Below are positions 25,233-40,332 of a stretch of 64,000 bases of DNA, piece after piece. The number at the start of each line of letters is the position of its first letter. Position 1 is the stretch's first letter. The stretch comes from Lama guanicoe (taxonomy: Eukaryota). The notes beneath the pieces are model-generated. The model was not told where the DNA came from. It saw only the letters and a list, made by a program, of their open reading frames with translations, and made no database searches. The stretch covers positions 389,822 through 453,821 of the forward strand of contig MU053444.1 in NCBI GenBank assembly GCA_013239625.1. Direction: 5' to 3'. A program made the position numbers and the translations under genes.

Positions 25233-28200
25233 GAGTCAAGATGGCACAGTATTGGGACCACGAGCTAGCCTCTCCTCGTGACTACAACAAAACCACAACT
25301 GACTGGTAAACAACCATTGAAAACAAAAAGTTTGGAACCTAGCAAAACAGATCATCTTCAACTGGAAACATAAAGAGGGAACCGCAGAGGGACAGCAGGA
25401 GGGGCTTTCTTGTGGTATAATCGGAGCCCCATACTCACTGAGTGGGCAACCCACATGCTGAAGAATAATTAAGTAGCAGAGGTCCCCCTACAGGAGTGTG
25501 CATTCTGAGCCCCACATTACACTCCACAGCCCAGGGTTCTGGCACTGGGAGAAGACGCCAGGACATCTGGTTTTGAAGGCCAGCAGGATTTAACTTCAGG
25601 ATCCCCATGGCAGTGGGGGGAAACAGAGACTTCATTCTCTTGGGAAACACACACAGAATCTCATGTGTGCCAGGTCCAAGGGCAGAAGCAGTGATTTCAT
25701 AGGAACCTGGGCCAGGCCTGCCTGCTGGTTTTGGAAGTTCTCCTGGGGAGTTAGGGGATGGCTGTGGTTCACCCAGGGGACATAAAAGCTGGTGGTGGAC
25801 ATTCTGGGAGTGTTCATCTACATGAGCTTTTCTGGAGGCTGTCATCTTGATAGGGCCATCAGCACCACGACATGGACCCACCCATCAGCAGTCTTCCTGA
25901 GCCGTAAACACCTCTAGACATGCCCCTAAACAGGGTTCTAACCATCAGAGGTCCAGGACCAACCTTCACCCAGCAGTGGCCAGGCACTGACTCCTCCTGC
26001 CAAGAAATCTGCATAAGCCTCTGGTTCAGCCTCATCCAACAGGGAGCAGGCATGGAAAATAAGAAAGCAGTAATGCCAAAGACTGTGGAAGGAGTCCACA
26101 AACACAGGCCAGACTCTGCCATGGGACCAGCTGGACTCTGGGCCTTGGGTGACAAGAGAGGAGTGTACTGCTGGGACACACAGGATGACTCCCACAGAGG
26201 GCCACTTCTCCAAGGCTGAGAAACATAACTAATCTACCTAAAGATACAAATAGAAAGATGGAAAGTATGAGGTGGCAGAGAAATATCTTCGACGTCAAGA
26301 CAGAAGATAAACTTCCAGAACAACAACTAAGTGATGAGTAGACAGGCAATCTATCCAAGAAGTTTAGACTAATGATGGTGAAGATGTTCAGAGACTCAGA
26401 AGAAGTACAGATGCACTGGGGGAGGTTTCAGCAAAGAGTCAGAAAATATAAAGAATACCCAAAGAGAGTTGAAGAATAAAATTACTGAAATGAGTAACAC
26501 ACTAGAAGGAAACAAGAGTAGACTAAATGAGTCAGAAGAACGGATCTGTGAGCTAGAAGACAGATTAGTGGAAATCACTACTGCAGAACAGAAAAAAGGA
26601 AAAAGAATGAAAAGAATGAAGATAGTTTAAGACAACTCTGGGACAACATGAAGTGCATTAATGTTCACATTATAGGGGTCCCAGAAAGAGAAGAAAGAGA
26701 AAGAACCTCAAAAAATTTTTGGAGAGATAATCACCAAAAACTTTCCTAACTTGGGAAATTTAAGTCACCCAAGTCCAGGAAGCACAGGGAGTTCCACAAA
26801 GAATCAGCTCAAAGGGGANNNNNNNNNNNNNNNNNNNNNNNNNNNNNNNNNNNNNNNNNNNNNNNNNNNNNNNNNNNNNNNNNNNNNNNNNNNNNNNNNN
26901 NNNNNNNNNNNNNNNNNNNNNNNNNNNNNNNNNNNNNNNNNNNNNNNNNNNNNNNNNNNNNNNNNNNNNNNNNNNNNNNNNNNNNNNNNNNNNNNNNNNN
27001 NNNNNNNNNNNNNNNNNNNNNNNNNNNNNNNNNNNNNNNNNNNNNNNNNNNNNNNNNNNNNNNNNNNNNNNNNNNNNNNNNNNNNNNNNNNNNNNNNNNN
27101 NNNNNNNNNNNNNNNNNNNNNNNNNNNNNNNNNNNNNNNNNNNNNNNNNNNNNNNNNNNNNNNNNNNNNNNNNNNNNNNNNNNNNNNNNNNNNNNNNNNN
27201 NNNNNNNNNNNNNNNNNNNNNNNNNNNNNNNNNNNNNNNNNNNNNNNNNNNNNNNNNNNNNNNNNNNNNNNNNNNNNNNNNNNNNNNNNNNNNNNNNNNN
27301 NNNNNNNNNNNNNNNNNNNNNNNNNNNNNNNNNNNGCTTTGGGTATGTGGCCAATTTTGATAGTGTTGATTCTTCCAATCCAAGAGCACAAGAAATCTTT
27401 CCATTTCTTTGTGTCATTTTGAGTTTTGGAGTATAGGTAACCCCTGTGGTTAAGTTTATTTCTAGGTATTTTGATGTAATGGAAATGTTTATGCCAGTTA
27501 TAAAATTCTGGTCTTTGAAGTGAAAAAAAAAAGAGTGAATTAAGGGCCATAAACAGCAAAAATATCATTGATTCTTATGGGTGAGCTGTATTCCATTACA
27601 TATATATATATGCTGCATCTTCATTAGCTATTCAACTATTGATGTGCACTGAGGATGCTTCCTTATCTTGGCAATCATATATAATGTTGCTGTTAATAGC
27701 AGGGTATATGTATCTTTTTGCATTAGTTCTTATTTTGTGTTTGGCTTTATTCCTTTGATAAATATGTAAGCCAAAACTCTAAACATTCTTAGAAACAGTG
27801 AACAATACATATATGTAAATTAAAACACATATGTGCAGTAAAAAAAAAAAAGGAATGAGCTATCAAGCCATGAAATACATGGAAGAAAATTAAAAGACAT
27901 ATTACTAAATGAAAGAAGTCAGTCTGAAAAGGCTATAAACTGTACGATTCCAACCAAATGACATTCTGGAAAAGGCACAGATACAGGAACAAAAAAGAAA
28001 GATTCTGGTTTCCAGGGGTTTGGAGAGATGGAGGGAGAGAGGAATGAACAGATGGATCACAGGGGATTTCTAGGGCAATGAAATTATTCTGTATGATACT
28101 ATAGTGGTGGCTACATGTCATGATGCATTTGTCAAATCCTATAGAATGTACAGCATCTAGAGTGAACCCTACTGTAAACTATGGACTTTGGTTGATAATT

Positions 28201-28548
28201 GTGTGTCTGTGTTGGTTCATCGATTGCACCAAATATGCTACATGATGAGGGAGGTTGAGGGAAGGGGAGTATATATGTGTGGGTGGGGAGGGCTATGAGC
28301 GAACTCTGTATATTCTACTCAATTCTGCTGTGAACCTGAAACTGCTCTAGAAAATAAAGTCTATCATTAATTAAAAAAAATACATGACCCATATATACAC
28401 CTTCTATAAGAGACCCACTTCAGAACTAGAGACACAAACAGGCTGAAAGAAAGGGGATGGAAAATAATGTTCTATGCAAATGGAATCCAAAAGAAAACTG
28501 GAGTAGCAATACTTGGACAAAATAGATGTTAAATTAAAGACTGCTACG
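25233..28548 (+). mobile_element. LINE-1 5'UTR, ORF1 and start of ORF2, spanning a gap, with other L1 fragments at 27336-28375
   Basis: Starts GAGTCAAGATGGC; ORF1 coiled-coil-like sequence 26270-26818; ORF2 endonuclease-like sequence 28380-28548. Confidence 0.75.
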
Positions 28549-30539
28549 AGAATCCATGAGAGAGAAAAATGAGACCACTTGAAAATTAATTCATCACATT
28601 TTCTTAATTGGGGAAACATAAGATAAATGCTGTCAAAAGGCTACTAGAAAACAAATTGGATAGCAAATACAAAATTATATAAACCTCTCATAAAAAATGA
28701 AAATCAAAGAACTATTGAAGAGTTTATAAAATATGGATGAATCCAAGAGATAAAAACTACTCTAAAAGAAATTCCAGGACAGACCGCGTAGAATAGAGGA
28801 AACAAAAGAAGAAATAACAGAACATCTGCCTGAAGAGATACATGAATCTTCAGATTTAAAGAACACATTTTAACACTTGTAAATACAAAGACATTTATGG
28901 GAAAAAAGTAAAAATGTGTAGCTCAATCTGATGACATTTCTGAAATACTACTAAAAATCTTTAAAGCCTATGAAAGTAAATAAGCAATTACTGGCCACAA
29001 AGAAATGAGACTCAAACTGACACCTGATTCATCCTCTGTAAAAATCAGTAATAGAAGGAAATGGAAAGATAGACGCTTACAATTTTCTGATGACTATAGC
29101 TATTTTTTCACCCATAACTATACAAGCAGCCAAACAGGCATTCATACAACAAAGAAAAAGAAGTGGATCATAAAACTAAAAACCATAAATCCCTGAACAC
29201 ACTGTATAAAATATTCCAGAATTCAATCTGTTGAAACAGCAGAATCCAAGACAGAGAAACATATGACATAATAAATCACTGAGAATATAAGACATCAGCA
29301 TTAACTAGTTTCTGGTAAAGCCAGAGAAGACACTTATTGGGGTCATAAATGGAAAGGAAGTGGTTCTGTGGTTTACTGAACAGGTAGCATAAGACTGTTA
29401 ACTTCCCAATGAAGTACATGTACCTTAAGCATCCCTCCATAATGATCATGGACACTGCCATGTGCTCAGGACTCAGAGACTGTGATGCCTTGAAATATGA
29501 GTAGTGGCATTGCTCCACCAATCAGTTGAAAATCTAAAGCTACAAAGACAAGTTCTCAAGTAGGCAAATGAGATGAAAAAATTGGCAGAAAAGAAAAAAT
29601 GACAAGTCTACTGTCATTTCTTGCAGTGAACTCAAACTCAGGTAAAATATCTCACCCACTTACAATGTTCCCTTGAATAAATCATTCTGAGTACATTCTA
29701 TATATAAAACTTTATTCATTAGTATTCATCAGCTCTATAATGATGTAAAAGTGAAAGCTAACTCCAAAACTGCAGGAATTATATGAGCTAATAAAGGGTT
29801 AACCTTGAAGGGCCTCACATATGGCCATTCTTAAATTACAGATTTTCTACAGCTCAAGAACTCCTATTTTCACAAATTACCTTTAATACTGCAAAAACAA
29901 AATAATGTGCATACTTATAGGCAAGTCTTAATTATTAGTGCTTCATTATTAATGAAAAAAACAGAGAAATTAAGTAACTAGGCTGAGGTTACAAACAACT
30001 GGTAAAGTGCAGCCAGTTAGCATTCAAATTCAGTTTTGCCTGGCATCAAAGGTTTGTTTGTGCCATACCTTTCTCTACTGATTCAAGAAAAGACAAATAG
30101 TAACTTGAAATACAATCTACTCTTACTTCTTTTCAAATGTATCATATCATCCTCTTCTCAGTGGCTGTGGATTGTACCAGTCATCTGGGAGCCCATTTAG
30201 GGCACCTATCTAATGGCATCAGTGCCATCAAGTCAAAAGGAAACTTGGAACAAATACAGAAGAGTGAAAAATTGAAAAAAATATTAATATTCAGCATGTA
30301 AGCAAACTAGTAAAATGATTTATATAAAACATGCAATATAGGGAAAAGGAGTAAACACTTGCAAAGGATCATACCTCGTATATCCTTTTGCAATATACAC
30401 AAATATCAAATTATGTTGTATCCCTGAAACTAACATAATACTGTAAATCAACTATAACAAAAGAAAATAATAATTTTTAATTATAGGGGAAAAAAAGCCT
30501 CAGTCCAGGCAGAAAAGCAGGGGTTTCTGCACTGCTCAA

Positions 30540-33500
30540 AAATAAGAAAAACTCATACTTACCTGGGCAAAAGATTACAGTAGAGACAGAACAGATCACC
30601 TGAAGCCTGGGGAAAAAGTCGACAGAGTATCTATCTTCTTTGGGAAATTAAGATAATCAAAACCACTTTTGTACATCAGGGAATTTAGAAAGCCATACAC
30701 ATGCCCAGGACAGAATGAATGCCTAGAAAAGACCTCAGAGACCCTTAGCTTTCACCTCCAGCCTGTCTCTACAACACTGCAAGCAGGATGTGAAGGCTGG
30801 GGCAGTTGAACATGGACATGCTGAGTCCTGAAGAATAACCCCAGCACACAGCCAATTTCCAAAGAGTGTGAAAGATGGAGGTTTGGGAAGTTTTGTTTTG
30901 TTTTGTTGTGTTTTTTAGTTTTTGTTTTATCCCTGCCTACAAGGGAAAGTCTGTCAAAACACTAACTGAACACAAGCTAAAAGAACAGAGAATTCAATGA
31001 CCACACATGACAAGAAATACAGACTTTGTGGGGGGAAAAAAGGCAGTTTGGAAAAGTCATATGGATAACTGAAGCCTTCGACAATCAAGAACAGTGAAAC
31101 TTGGAGAAAAGCAAGGAAGAATTTCTAGAATTATATTATACAACATACAATAACATTATAATATGCAAAATGTCCAGTTTCAACAACAACAACAACAAAA
31201 TCACAAGTCATACAAAGAAATAGGAAAGTACGGCCAAATCAAAGGAAAAACATGATTGACAGAAATGCCCCTGAGGAAGATCAAACACTGAACTTTCTAA
31301 ACAAAGACCTATAATAAAACCAACTGTATTAAATATACTCAAAAAGCAAAAAGAAACTATAAAACAAAGAAACAAATGCAACCAGGAAAACAATTTATAA
31401 ATGAAAAATGAATATCAATAAAGAGAAATTAAAACAAAGAACCCAATAGAAATTCTGTAACTGAAAATTACCATAACTGAAATGAAAAATTCACTACAGG
31501 AGTTTAATAAGACTTGAGACTGCATAAAATGATCATCTAACTTAAGATAGGAAAATTGAAATTATCAAGTCTGAGGAGCAGAGCAAAAAGGAATGAAGAA
31601 AAGTAAACATGACAGAAATGACCTATGCGGCACCATCAAGCAGACCAACACAAACACTATGGAGTTGCAGGAGAATGACAGAGAGAGGAGAGAAAAGAAT
31701 AACTGCAGAAATAATGGCCCCCAATTCCCCAAATTTCAAGGAAAACATGAATCTATACACCCAAGAAACTCAAAGAGTGTCAAGTAGGATAAACTTAAAA
31801 TACATTCACCAAGACACATTACAATGAAACACACAAAGGAAAGAATCTTTAAAGCAGCAAGAGAAAAACAGCTCATCAAATGCAAGGGATCCAAAGTAAG
31901 ATTAAAAGCAGATTTCTGAGCAGAAACCCGGGAGGCCAAATAGCACTGGGTTGATATATTCAAAGTGCTGAAGGGAGAAAAAAAATACCTGTCAACTGAA
32001 CATTCTATATTGATGAAAAATGTCCTTTAAAAATGAGGATATTTCCAGATAAGCATAAGCCAAAGGAGTTCATTACCACCAGCCCTACCCTGCAAGAAAT
32101 GCTAAAGGGAGAGCCCCAGGTTGAGATGAAAGGATATAAGACAGTTAACTGACACAAAGCCATAAAATAAAGACTTCCAGTAAAGATAACTATATAAGTT
32201 ATTGCACTTGGGTATGCAACTCCACCTGTTTTTCCCCTACAAGATTCAAAAGACAAATACATAAGAAATAATTATATGTTATTAGATACAAAACTGATAG
32301 AGGTGCAATTTGGGAAAGCAACAACATGGTGAGGGTAGACAGAGAAGTAGAGGAGCAGAATTTTTGCATGCTGTCGACGCCACAATGCTATCAATTTAAA
32401 CTAGATTGTTATAAATTTCAAATGTTAAAAATAATCACCATGGTAGCCACTAAGAAAATATTTAGATTACATACCCAAGAGAGAATGACGCGGAAATTAA
32501 TTCAGTACACTACAAACAAATCAAGTAAAAACAAAGGAAAGCAGTAACTGACAAAATTAGGGACATAGATGGTATAAGACAAAATATTGAACACAGTTGC
32601 ATATGTCCTCCCTTATGAATAATTATTTTAAACAGAGATGGATTAAGTTCACCAATTAAAAGGCAGAGATTGGCAGACTAAAACAACAACAACAGCATGA
32701 TCCAACTATATGCTGTCCACAAGAGAATCAGTCTAGATCCAAAGGCATAGTATGTTCAAAGCTAAAGGATGAAAAATGTTATCCATGCAAATAGTAACCT
32801 AAAGAGTGCTGGATCTCTATGTTAATATCAGAAAAAATATAAAGTCACAAAGTATATATTTTGAAAGTGATCAACTCATGAAGAAAATCAATCAATCAAA
32901 AACATGTATGGACTTAAGAGAGAACCAAAATATATGTAGCAAATATTGACAGACTAGAAGGGAGAAGGAAGCGGTTGTATGACAATAGGTTGAGATTTCA
33001 CTACACCACTTCAATCAATGAATAGAATGTCTAGATAAAAGATCAATAAGAAAACAGAGTACTTGAACAACAGTATAAAACAGACAGACATAAGAAAAGT
33101 ATGTAGAATACCCCACCAACCATTAGCAGAATACATGTTCTTCCAATGGCAAAAGAAGCACTGTACAGGATAGACCACAGGTTTGACCACAAACAAGGAT
33201 CAATACAGTTAAAAAGAACAAAATCATCATAAGCACTTCGCCCATAACAGAATAAAGCTAGAAATCTGTAACAAAGTGAAAACTGGAAATTTTACAAATA
33301 TGTGGATATTGAACAATGCATTCTTAAACAATGAATGGGTCAAAGAAGAAATCACAAGAAAAATCAGAAAACACTTAGAAACAAAAGTAAAAGAAAACAC
33401 AAAATAACTCAACTTATAGGATGCAGCCTAAAGACGTAAATATAGGGAGATATATAGTAGTACATGCCTATATTAAGAAAGAAGAATTATCTCATATCAA

Positions 33501-36500
33501 TAGCATAACTTTACATCTTCCAAAATTACAAAAAGCAGAGCAAATGAAACCCAAACCAACAAAATGAAGGAAATAATAAATATTAGAGCAAAAACAAATG
33601 AAGAGAGAATAAAAATCAGAGAGAAAAACAGTCAATCCCAAAGTTAATTCCTTGAATAAAACAACATTAGCTAAACTATGTTGACTAAGAAAAAGAAAGA
33701 AGACACAAGGAACTAAATCAGAAATGAAAGTGGATACATTACAGGAAGAAATCATTTAAAGAGAATAGTATGAACAACTGTACACCAAATAAATTAGATA
33801 ACTAGATGACATGGGCAAATTCCTAGAAAAACACAAATTGCCAAAACTGGCTTAAGAAGAAATACAAAATGCCAACAGACATGTAACAAGTAAACAGAAT
33901 CAGTCATGAAAAACAGCAAAACAAAGAAAAGTCAAGGACTAGATGGCTTCACTGGTGAATTCTAATGAATGATTAAAGAATTACCAATCCTTCTCAAACT
34001 CTTCCAAAAAAATAGAAAAGCTAGGAATACTTCCTAACTCACTCTATGAGTTCAGCATTATCTTGATACCAAAGCCAGATAAAAACTTCATAAGCAAAGA
34101 AAATCAAAGACTAATATTCCTTAAGAATACAGGTGCAAAAATCCAAAACAGAATACTAGGAAACTGAATTCAGCAGCATATTAAAAGAATTATATGCCAT
34201 GATGAAGTGGGATTTATCCCAGGAATAGAATGATGGTTATCATACTAAAAATCAATCAATGTAACGCACCACCCCAGTAAAACAAATGAAAAAATACCAC
34301 ATGATCATCTCAACTGATGCAGGACAAAAAAATCCAACACCATTTGATGATAAAAACATGAAGAAAATAAAGTACACAGGCAAAGTTCCTCAACATGATA
34401 AAGGGCAAGTATGAAAAGTCTAAAAATACATACTTACTGGTGAAAGACTGAAAGCTTCCTCATGATGAAGAACAGAACAAGAATGCCTATTTGCAAAACT
34501 TCTGTTCACTATTGTACTAAAAGTTCTAGCCATTTAGGCTCCTACCATGTCTTGGCTATTGTAAATAGTGCTGCTATAAACATTGGGGTGCAGCTGTCAT
34601 CCTGAAGTAGGGTTCCTTCTGGATATATGCCACCCAGGAGTGCCTGGGTCATATGGTAGGTCTATTCCTAGTCTTTTGAGGAATCTCCATACTGTTTTCC
34701 ACAGTGGCTGCACCAAACTGCATTCCCACCAGCAGTGTAGGAGGGTTCCCTTTTCTCCAAAGCCTCTCAATGTCCATGAACAGATGGCTGGATAAATATG
34801 TGGTATATTGGTACAATGGAATACTATTGAGCCATAAAAACTGACAACATAATGCCATTTGCAGCAACATGGATGTTCCTGGAGAACATCATTCTAAGTG
34901 AAGTAAGCCAGAAAGAGAAAGAAAAATACCATATGAGATCGTTCATATGTGGAATATAAATAAAACAAAAAGAACATAAATACTAAACAGAAACAGACTC
35001 ATAGACATAGAATACATACCTGTGGTTGCCAAGGGGGTGGAGGGTGAGAAGAGACAGACTGGGATTAAAAAATTTGTAGATACTGACAAAATACTGTAGA
35101 TGCTGACAGATAAACAAGATTATACTGTATAGCACAGGGAAATATATACAAGATCTTGTGGTAGCTCACAGTGAAAAAAAAGTGACAATGAATATACATA
35201 TGTTCATGTGTAACTGAAAAGTTGTGCTCTACACTGGAAATTGACACAACATTGTAAAATGACTGTAACTCAATGAAAAATAAAAAATTTTAGTTCTAGC
35301 CAGAGTGATTTGGAAAAATAAAATACACTCATATTGGAAAGGCAGAAGTAAAACTATCTCTATTTGCATACATTATCCTATATAGAGAAAAACACACACG
35401 CACACACACCACACACACACACACACAAACCACACAAAATAAGGTATAAGAGCTAATAAATGAATTTCACCATGGTTGCAGAGTGCAAAATCAACACACA
35501 ACAATCAGGAGCTTTTCCCCTCTATACCAGCAGTGAACAACACAAAAAGTAAATTTAAAAAAATTTATTTAAAATGCCATCCAGTAGAGTAAAATACCTA
35601 ACAATAAATTTAATCAAGGATATCCAAAACTACAAAAAAATTGTAAAAGAAATGAAAGACCTAAATAGAAAGATATTCCATTCTCATGAAATAGAAGATT
35701 TTATATTGTTAAAGTGGTAATACTACCAAGAATGATCTGAAGATTCAATGCAATCCCTATTAAAATTCCAACAGTCTTTTCTACACAAATGGAAAAGCTG
35801 ATACTCAAAATTAAGGAACTGCAAGCAGTCCTAAACAGTCCAAACAATCTTAAAGAAACAAAAAGAACAAATTAGGAGGAGTTTGATTTCAAAAAGTACT
35901 ACAAAAGCTACAGTACTCAAAACAGTGTGGTACTGGCATAAGTATAAACATGAAGACTAATGGAAAAATACAGAGTCCAGAAATAAATGCATGCACTATG
36001 GACAACTGATTTTCAACAATGGGCAAAGACCTTTCAATGGGGAAAGAATAGTCTGGTCCCGGGACAAGTGCATAACACAGGGAAAGAATGATGTTGGACA
36101 ACTACCTCAACACTATATTCAAAAATTAACTCAAAATGAATCTAAATATGAGTTAAAGCCACAAAAGTCTTAGAAGTTAAGATTTGGCAATGTATTCTTA
36201 TATATGACAGCAAGAGCATAAACAATAAAAGTAAAAACAGATAAATTGGACTTCATCTCAAATTAAAACTTGTGTGCATCAAAGGATCTTATCAGAAAGG
36301 AAACTAAATTTCCAATATTGGTGAATATATTTCCAAATCACATATCTAATATAGGTCTGATATCCAGAATATACACTGAACTCTGACAACTCAACAAAAA
36401 GGACCAACTAAAATATGTGCAAAGCACCTGAATGGACATTTCTCCAAAGTTTGCTGTTGTTTTTTTAATGTTCAAACATAGAAAGATGCTCAACCTCACA

Positions 36501-36910
36501 AGTCATTAGGAAATCAAAACCACAATGAGGTACCACTTGGCCCATGCTAGTATGACTATAATTGAAAAATGGAAAACAGGTTTTGGCCAGAATTACAGAA
36601 TCTGAAACCAGCATACATTTCTGGTGGAAATGAAAAACTGGTTTAAGATGTTATAGAAAATAGTTTTGACTGTTCCTCAAAAAATTAAACATAAAACTGT
36701 CATATTTGACATGATGTGTGAAATTCCATATTCATATCTTTGTGTGTGTGTACACACACTCAGGAACTATATACACACACATATTCATAGCAGCACTATT
36801 CAAAATAACCAAAAGGTAGAAAATATCCAAATTTCCATCAATAGATGAATTCATCAATGAATGGATAAACAAATGTAGTATTTACAAACAATGGAATATT
36901 ACTCAGCTAT
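30540..36910 (+). mobile_element. Degraded near-full-length older LINE-1
   Basis: ORF1-like 31200-32130, ORF2-like 32620-36850 (GATGGCTTCACTGGTGAATTC, CATGATCATCTCAACTGATGCAG), many stops and frameshifts. Confidence 0.85.
34533..35291 (+). mobile_element. Young 5'-inverted (twin-primed) L1 insertion
   Basis: Minus part 34533-34768, plus part 34769-35285, exact TSD AGTTCTAGCCA (34522-34532 / 35292-35302). Confidence 0.9.
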
Positions 36911-36929
36911 ATAAAGGAATGTGAGAGAA

Positions 36930-38900
36930 TTCTGAAAAAATGGTGGTGTAGGAGCACCAGGCAGATATACCTACACAGATAACAACTGCACTGGCAGAAT
37001 CTGTCCGAATGTAGGATTTTGGAACTCTGGGCTCCGTTGAGGCTTGCAATGTCCAGGAGAAGGCTTGGATGGTGTTTTTGGCTTATTTCAATGAATTTCA
37101 GCCCAGAGAAGAGTAGCAGCTCCTTACAGGAGCTAGAGTGGATAAAAGGAACAAAGTCCTCCAAATACTGGGGATCTGTGCTCTGACGGCTGAGACTTCT
37201 GATTAAAGAGGTGCAAAGAAGCAGAATGCCACTGATGTACTACCCCACAGTGTCCCAAGCCCCTTCTTTTTTTTGCCCCCCCCTTTTATTTGCCTTTTCC
37301 CTTTTCAGAACCAGATTAACAATTAGGAAATTAAAAAACAATTGCAAATATTGGGAAAATTAAAAAGTGACTGTGCTTACCCAAGGAAGGGCCCAGAAAA
37401 GACTTAAGAAGACATTAAGTTTACACATCAGGCTGATTCTTTGCACAGAGAATCTCTATTAATAAAAAAAATTAATAAAAAAGAAAGAACAGCAAACCCT
37501 GCAAAGGGGGAAAATCTTTTTTTCTATAGTTACGACATTATTACCAGTGTTTACCAGTGTACAACCAAAAAAATCACAAAAGATACAAAGTAACAGAAAA
37601 GTATAGCCCATGCAAAAGAAAAAAATCAAAAGAATCCATCACTACAGAAGACTGAATGGCAGGTATATCAGACAAAGACTTTAACACAACAGTTTTAGTA
37701 ATGCTCAAATAAGGAAAATGTGGAGAAAATCAAGAATGATATGTGAACAAAATGGAAATCAGTCAGATAGAAAATCTAAAAAGAAACCAGAAAGAAATTA
37801 TGCTTCAAAGTACATTAACTGAGATGAAAAATTCATGGATATTCAAAAGCTGATTTGAACTGATGGAAAAAAGAATCAGTGAACTTGATGATAGGACAAT
37901 GGAAATTATCAAGGCTGAGGAACAGAAAGTACAAAAATTGAAGAAAACTGAACAGAGCCTAAGGGACCTAAGAAACACCATCAATCACAGCAAAACATGC
38001 ATGTGGGGGTCCTAGAGCAAGAAGAGAGAAATAGAGTAAGGGGCACAGAAAACATTTAAAGAAAGTCATAGAAATATTCGAAGAATATTCAAAGAAATAA
38101 TGTTTCAATTGAAGTTCCCAAATTTAATGAAAGACATGAATATAAACTTCCATGAAGTTTGACAAACTCCAAGTTTTAAGATAAAATCAAAGAGATTCAT
38201 ATCAAGACACCTTACAATCAAAGTTTCAAGAGACAGAGTGAATGTTGAAAGCGGCAAGAGGAAGTGACTCATCACATACAAGGGATCCTCAATTAAGATT
38301 ATCTTCAGACTTCTCATCAGAAACTTTGGTGGTCAGAAGGCAGTGGTCAATATACTCAAAGAGCTAAATGAAAAAAACCTGTCAACCATGAATACCAATC
38401 TGGCAAAACTGCTCTTTAAATAGCCAAGAAACCAAGACATTTCCAGATAAACCTAAGTTGAGGGAGTGAATGACCACTAGACCTGCCCTGCAATAAATGC
38501 TCAAGGAAGTCCTGCAAGGTAAAATGAAAGGATGCTAAACATTAACTTGAAACCATATGAATAAAGATCCAATAAATGGAAATACATAGGCAATTACAGA
38601 AGTAGTATTACTATGACAATTAATTATAACTCTACTTTCTATTTTCTACATGATTTGAGCTATACATTTTTAAAAATTTAGAATAAAAGTTTTTATTAAT
38701 GTAACTGTGATTTGTAATTCCAAATCTTTTTTTCTACATAATTTAGAGAAGAAGACATTTAAAATAATAATTTGTTTATATTTTAGAGCACACAATGTAT
38801 AAAGATGTAATTTTGTGACATCAAGAAATGGGGACAAAGCTGTAAGGGAGCAGTTTTCTGCAGGATGTTGAAGTCAAGCTGCTATAAATTTAAATGTGTA
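36930..38900 (+). mobile_element. Older L1 5' region and ORF1 remnant
   Basis: ORF1-like 37600-38530, homologous to 31200-32130. Confidence 0.75.
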
Positions 38901-39109
38901 ACCACAACAAAATGAAATCAGGTTAAATACTCAATATAAAGGGCAGAGCATTTCATAATAGGATTAACAAGTCTAGTTACATGTTCTTTACCAAAAAAAA
39001 CATACAAGAACATGGAAAACCTTATAGAGGTGCAATCCCCTCATGGTGCAAACCCCTCAAGTACATCAAAGAAAGGAACAACTAACTGGTGAGTGAGAAC
39101 ATATCCTTT

Positions 39110-39660
39110 TACAAGTCAAGGGGTTTTCAGTTATAGTCGCCCATATCTGAGGATGCGGAACCCACGAATATAGAGAGACACCCAGGAGCATCAGCCACTT
39201 TTGGTATCCTTGGAGGGGATCGTGCAGATACCAAGGGATGACTGTACTGGATTTCAATTAAATTGAAAGAGAACCTAATCAGAGTTATCAGCTGATAGAT
39301 CATTAAAAGTATTTTTTTTTGATAGCTCTACGGTGGCATATTATTCAGGAGCAATTCCAAAAATTGAGAGGCATTACTGGAACAAAACTCCATTCACTCA
39401 CATCTACTTATTTATGCAAACAAGTTTTCTCATTGCTTACATCCACAGAATTGACCTTGGAGTAGAATTAATGCTAAACTATTTTTCCTTGTGGTAATTC
39501 TCATCCACTAATAAAATACACTAGTTTCCAAAAAATCCATGCAACTCAATCTCTGTAAGACATATTTCCAATAAAACTTTACTTTTGTGTTTAATACTTA
39601 TTCATAAATAGTTGAAATATATTTGTTTTGATTACTTGGAATAATAAGTTTTATCATGAC
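39110..39660. mobile_element. DNA transposon remnants (Tigger-like end ~39110-39246; Charlie/hAT-like to ~39660)
   Basis: GATACCAAGGGATGACTGTA terminal repeat like MER2; downstream sequence only weakly recognisable. Confidence 0.4.
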
Positions 39661-40332
39661 AGGAAAATTTTTAAACAACCCTTAAATCTGTTTATTCATA
39701 TATTTCCACTACAGGGAAGTGTGATAAAGTGATCAATAAAACAGCTGCAAGTTTTAAAGAAAAAGAATATGAAGCAGAATTTTGTGTGCACCTCACTTAC
39801 AAGACTTTTATAATATTCTATCAGTGTCCACATCTCCCACTCCCACCCCACTGAGAGTGACTCCTTTGTAAGGGCCCACAGTTCATTTTTCTTAGAACCT
39901 ACAGTATATAGCAAAGGACACCTAGTAGATTCTCATAAGTAGTTGATGAATGAATAATTGAATTGAATTGAATTGAAAAAACAGTCATTAAAAGTTCAGA
40001 CATTTTGTGATAAAATTAGTTGAACAGTTGGGTTCTTATACTTTACCAATAGATGGTATTTCTGAGAAAACTAGAGAATTTAAAGATGAAAAATAATTCT
40101 AACGCCCATGTGAAAAACAATCCATCTTATCCTGAGCCACTGAAGATTCTCTGGCTTCAATAATGACTTCTTGGTGATGTCTTTATTATTGCCTGCTTTG
40201 TAACTTTGTAATACCTGAATATTGCACCCAAGTCTCTTAGTTATTTTGAGAATGTCTCCACATACATTTACATTATAGGACTTTATAAATAAGACAAGAT
40301 TTAACTTAATGGGCAAAGTATTCACTTGACAG

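Noticed and set aside
26751..27568. Long ORFs of 200-254 aa
   Set aside because: Artefacts of translating through the N gap; the same applies to 50288-50791.
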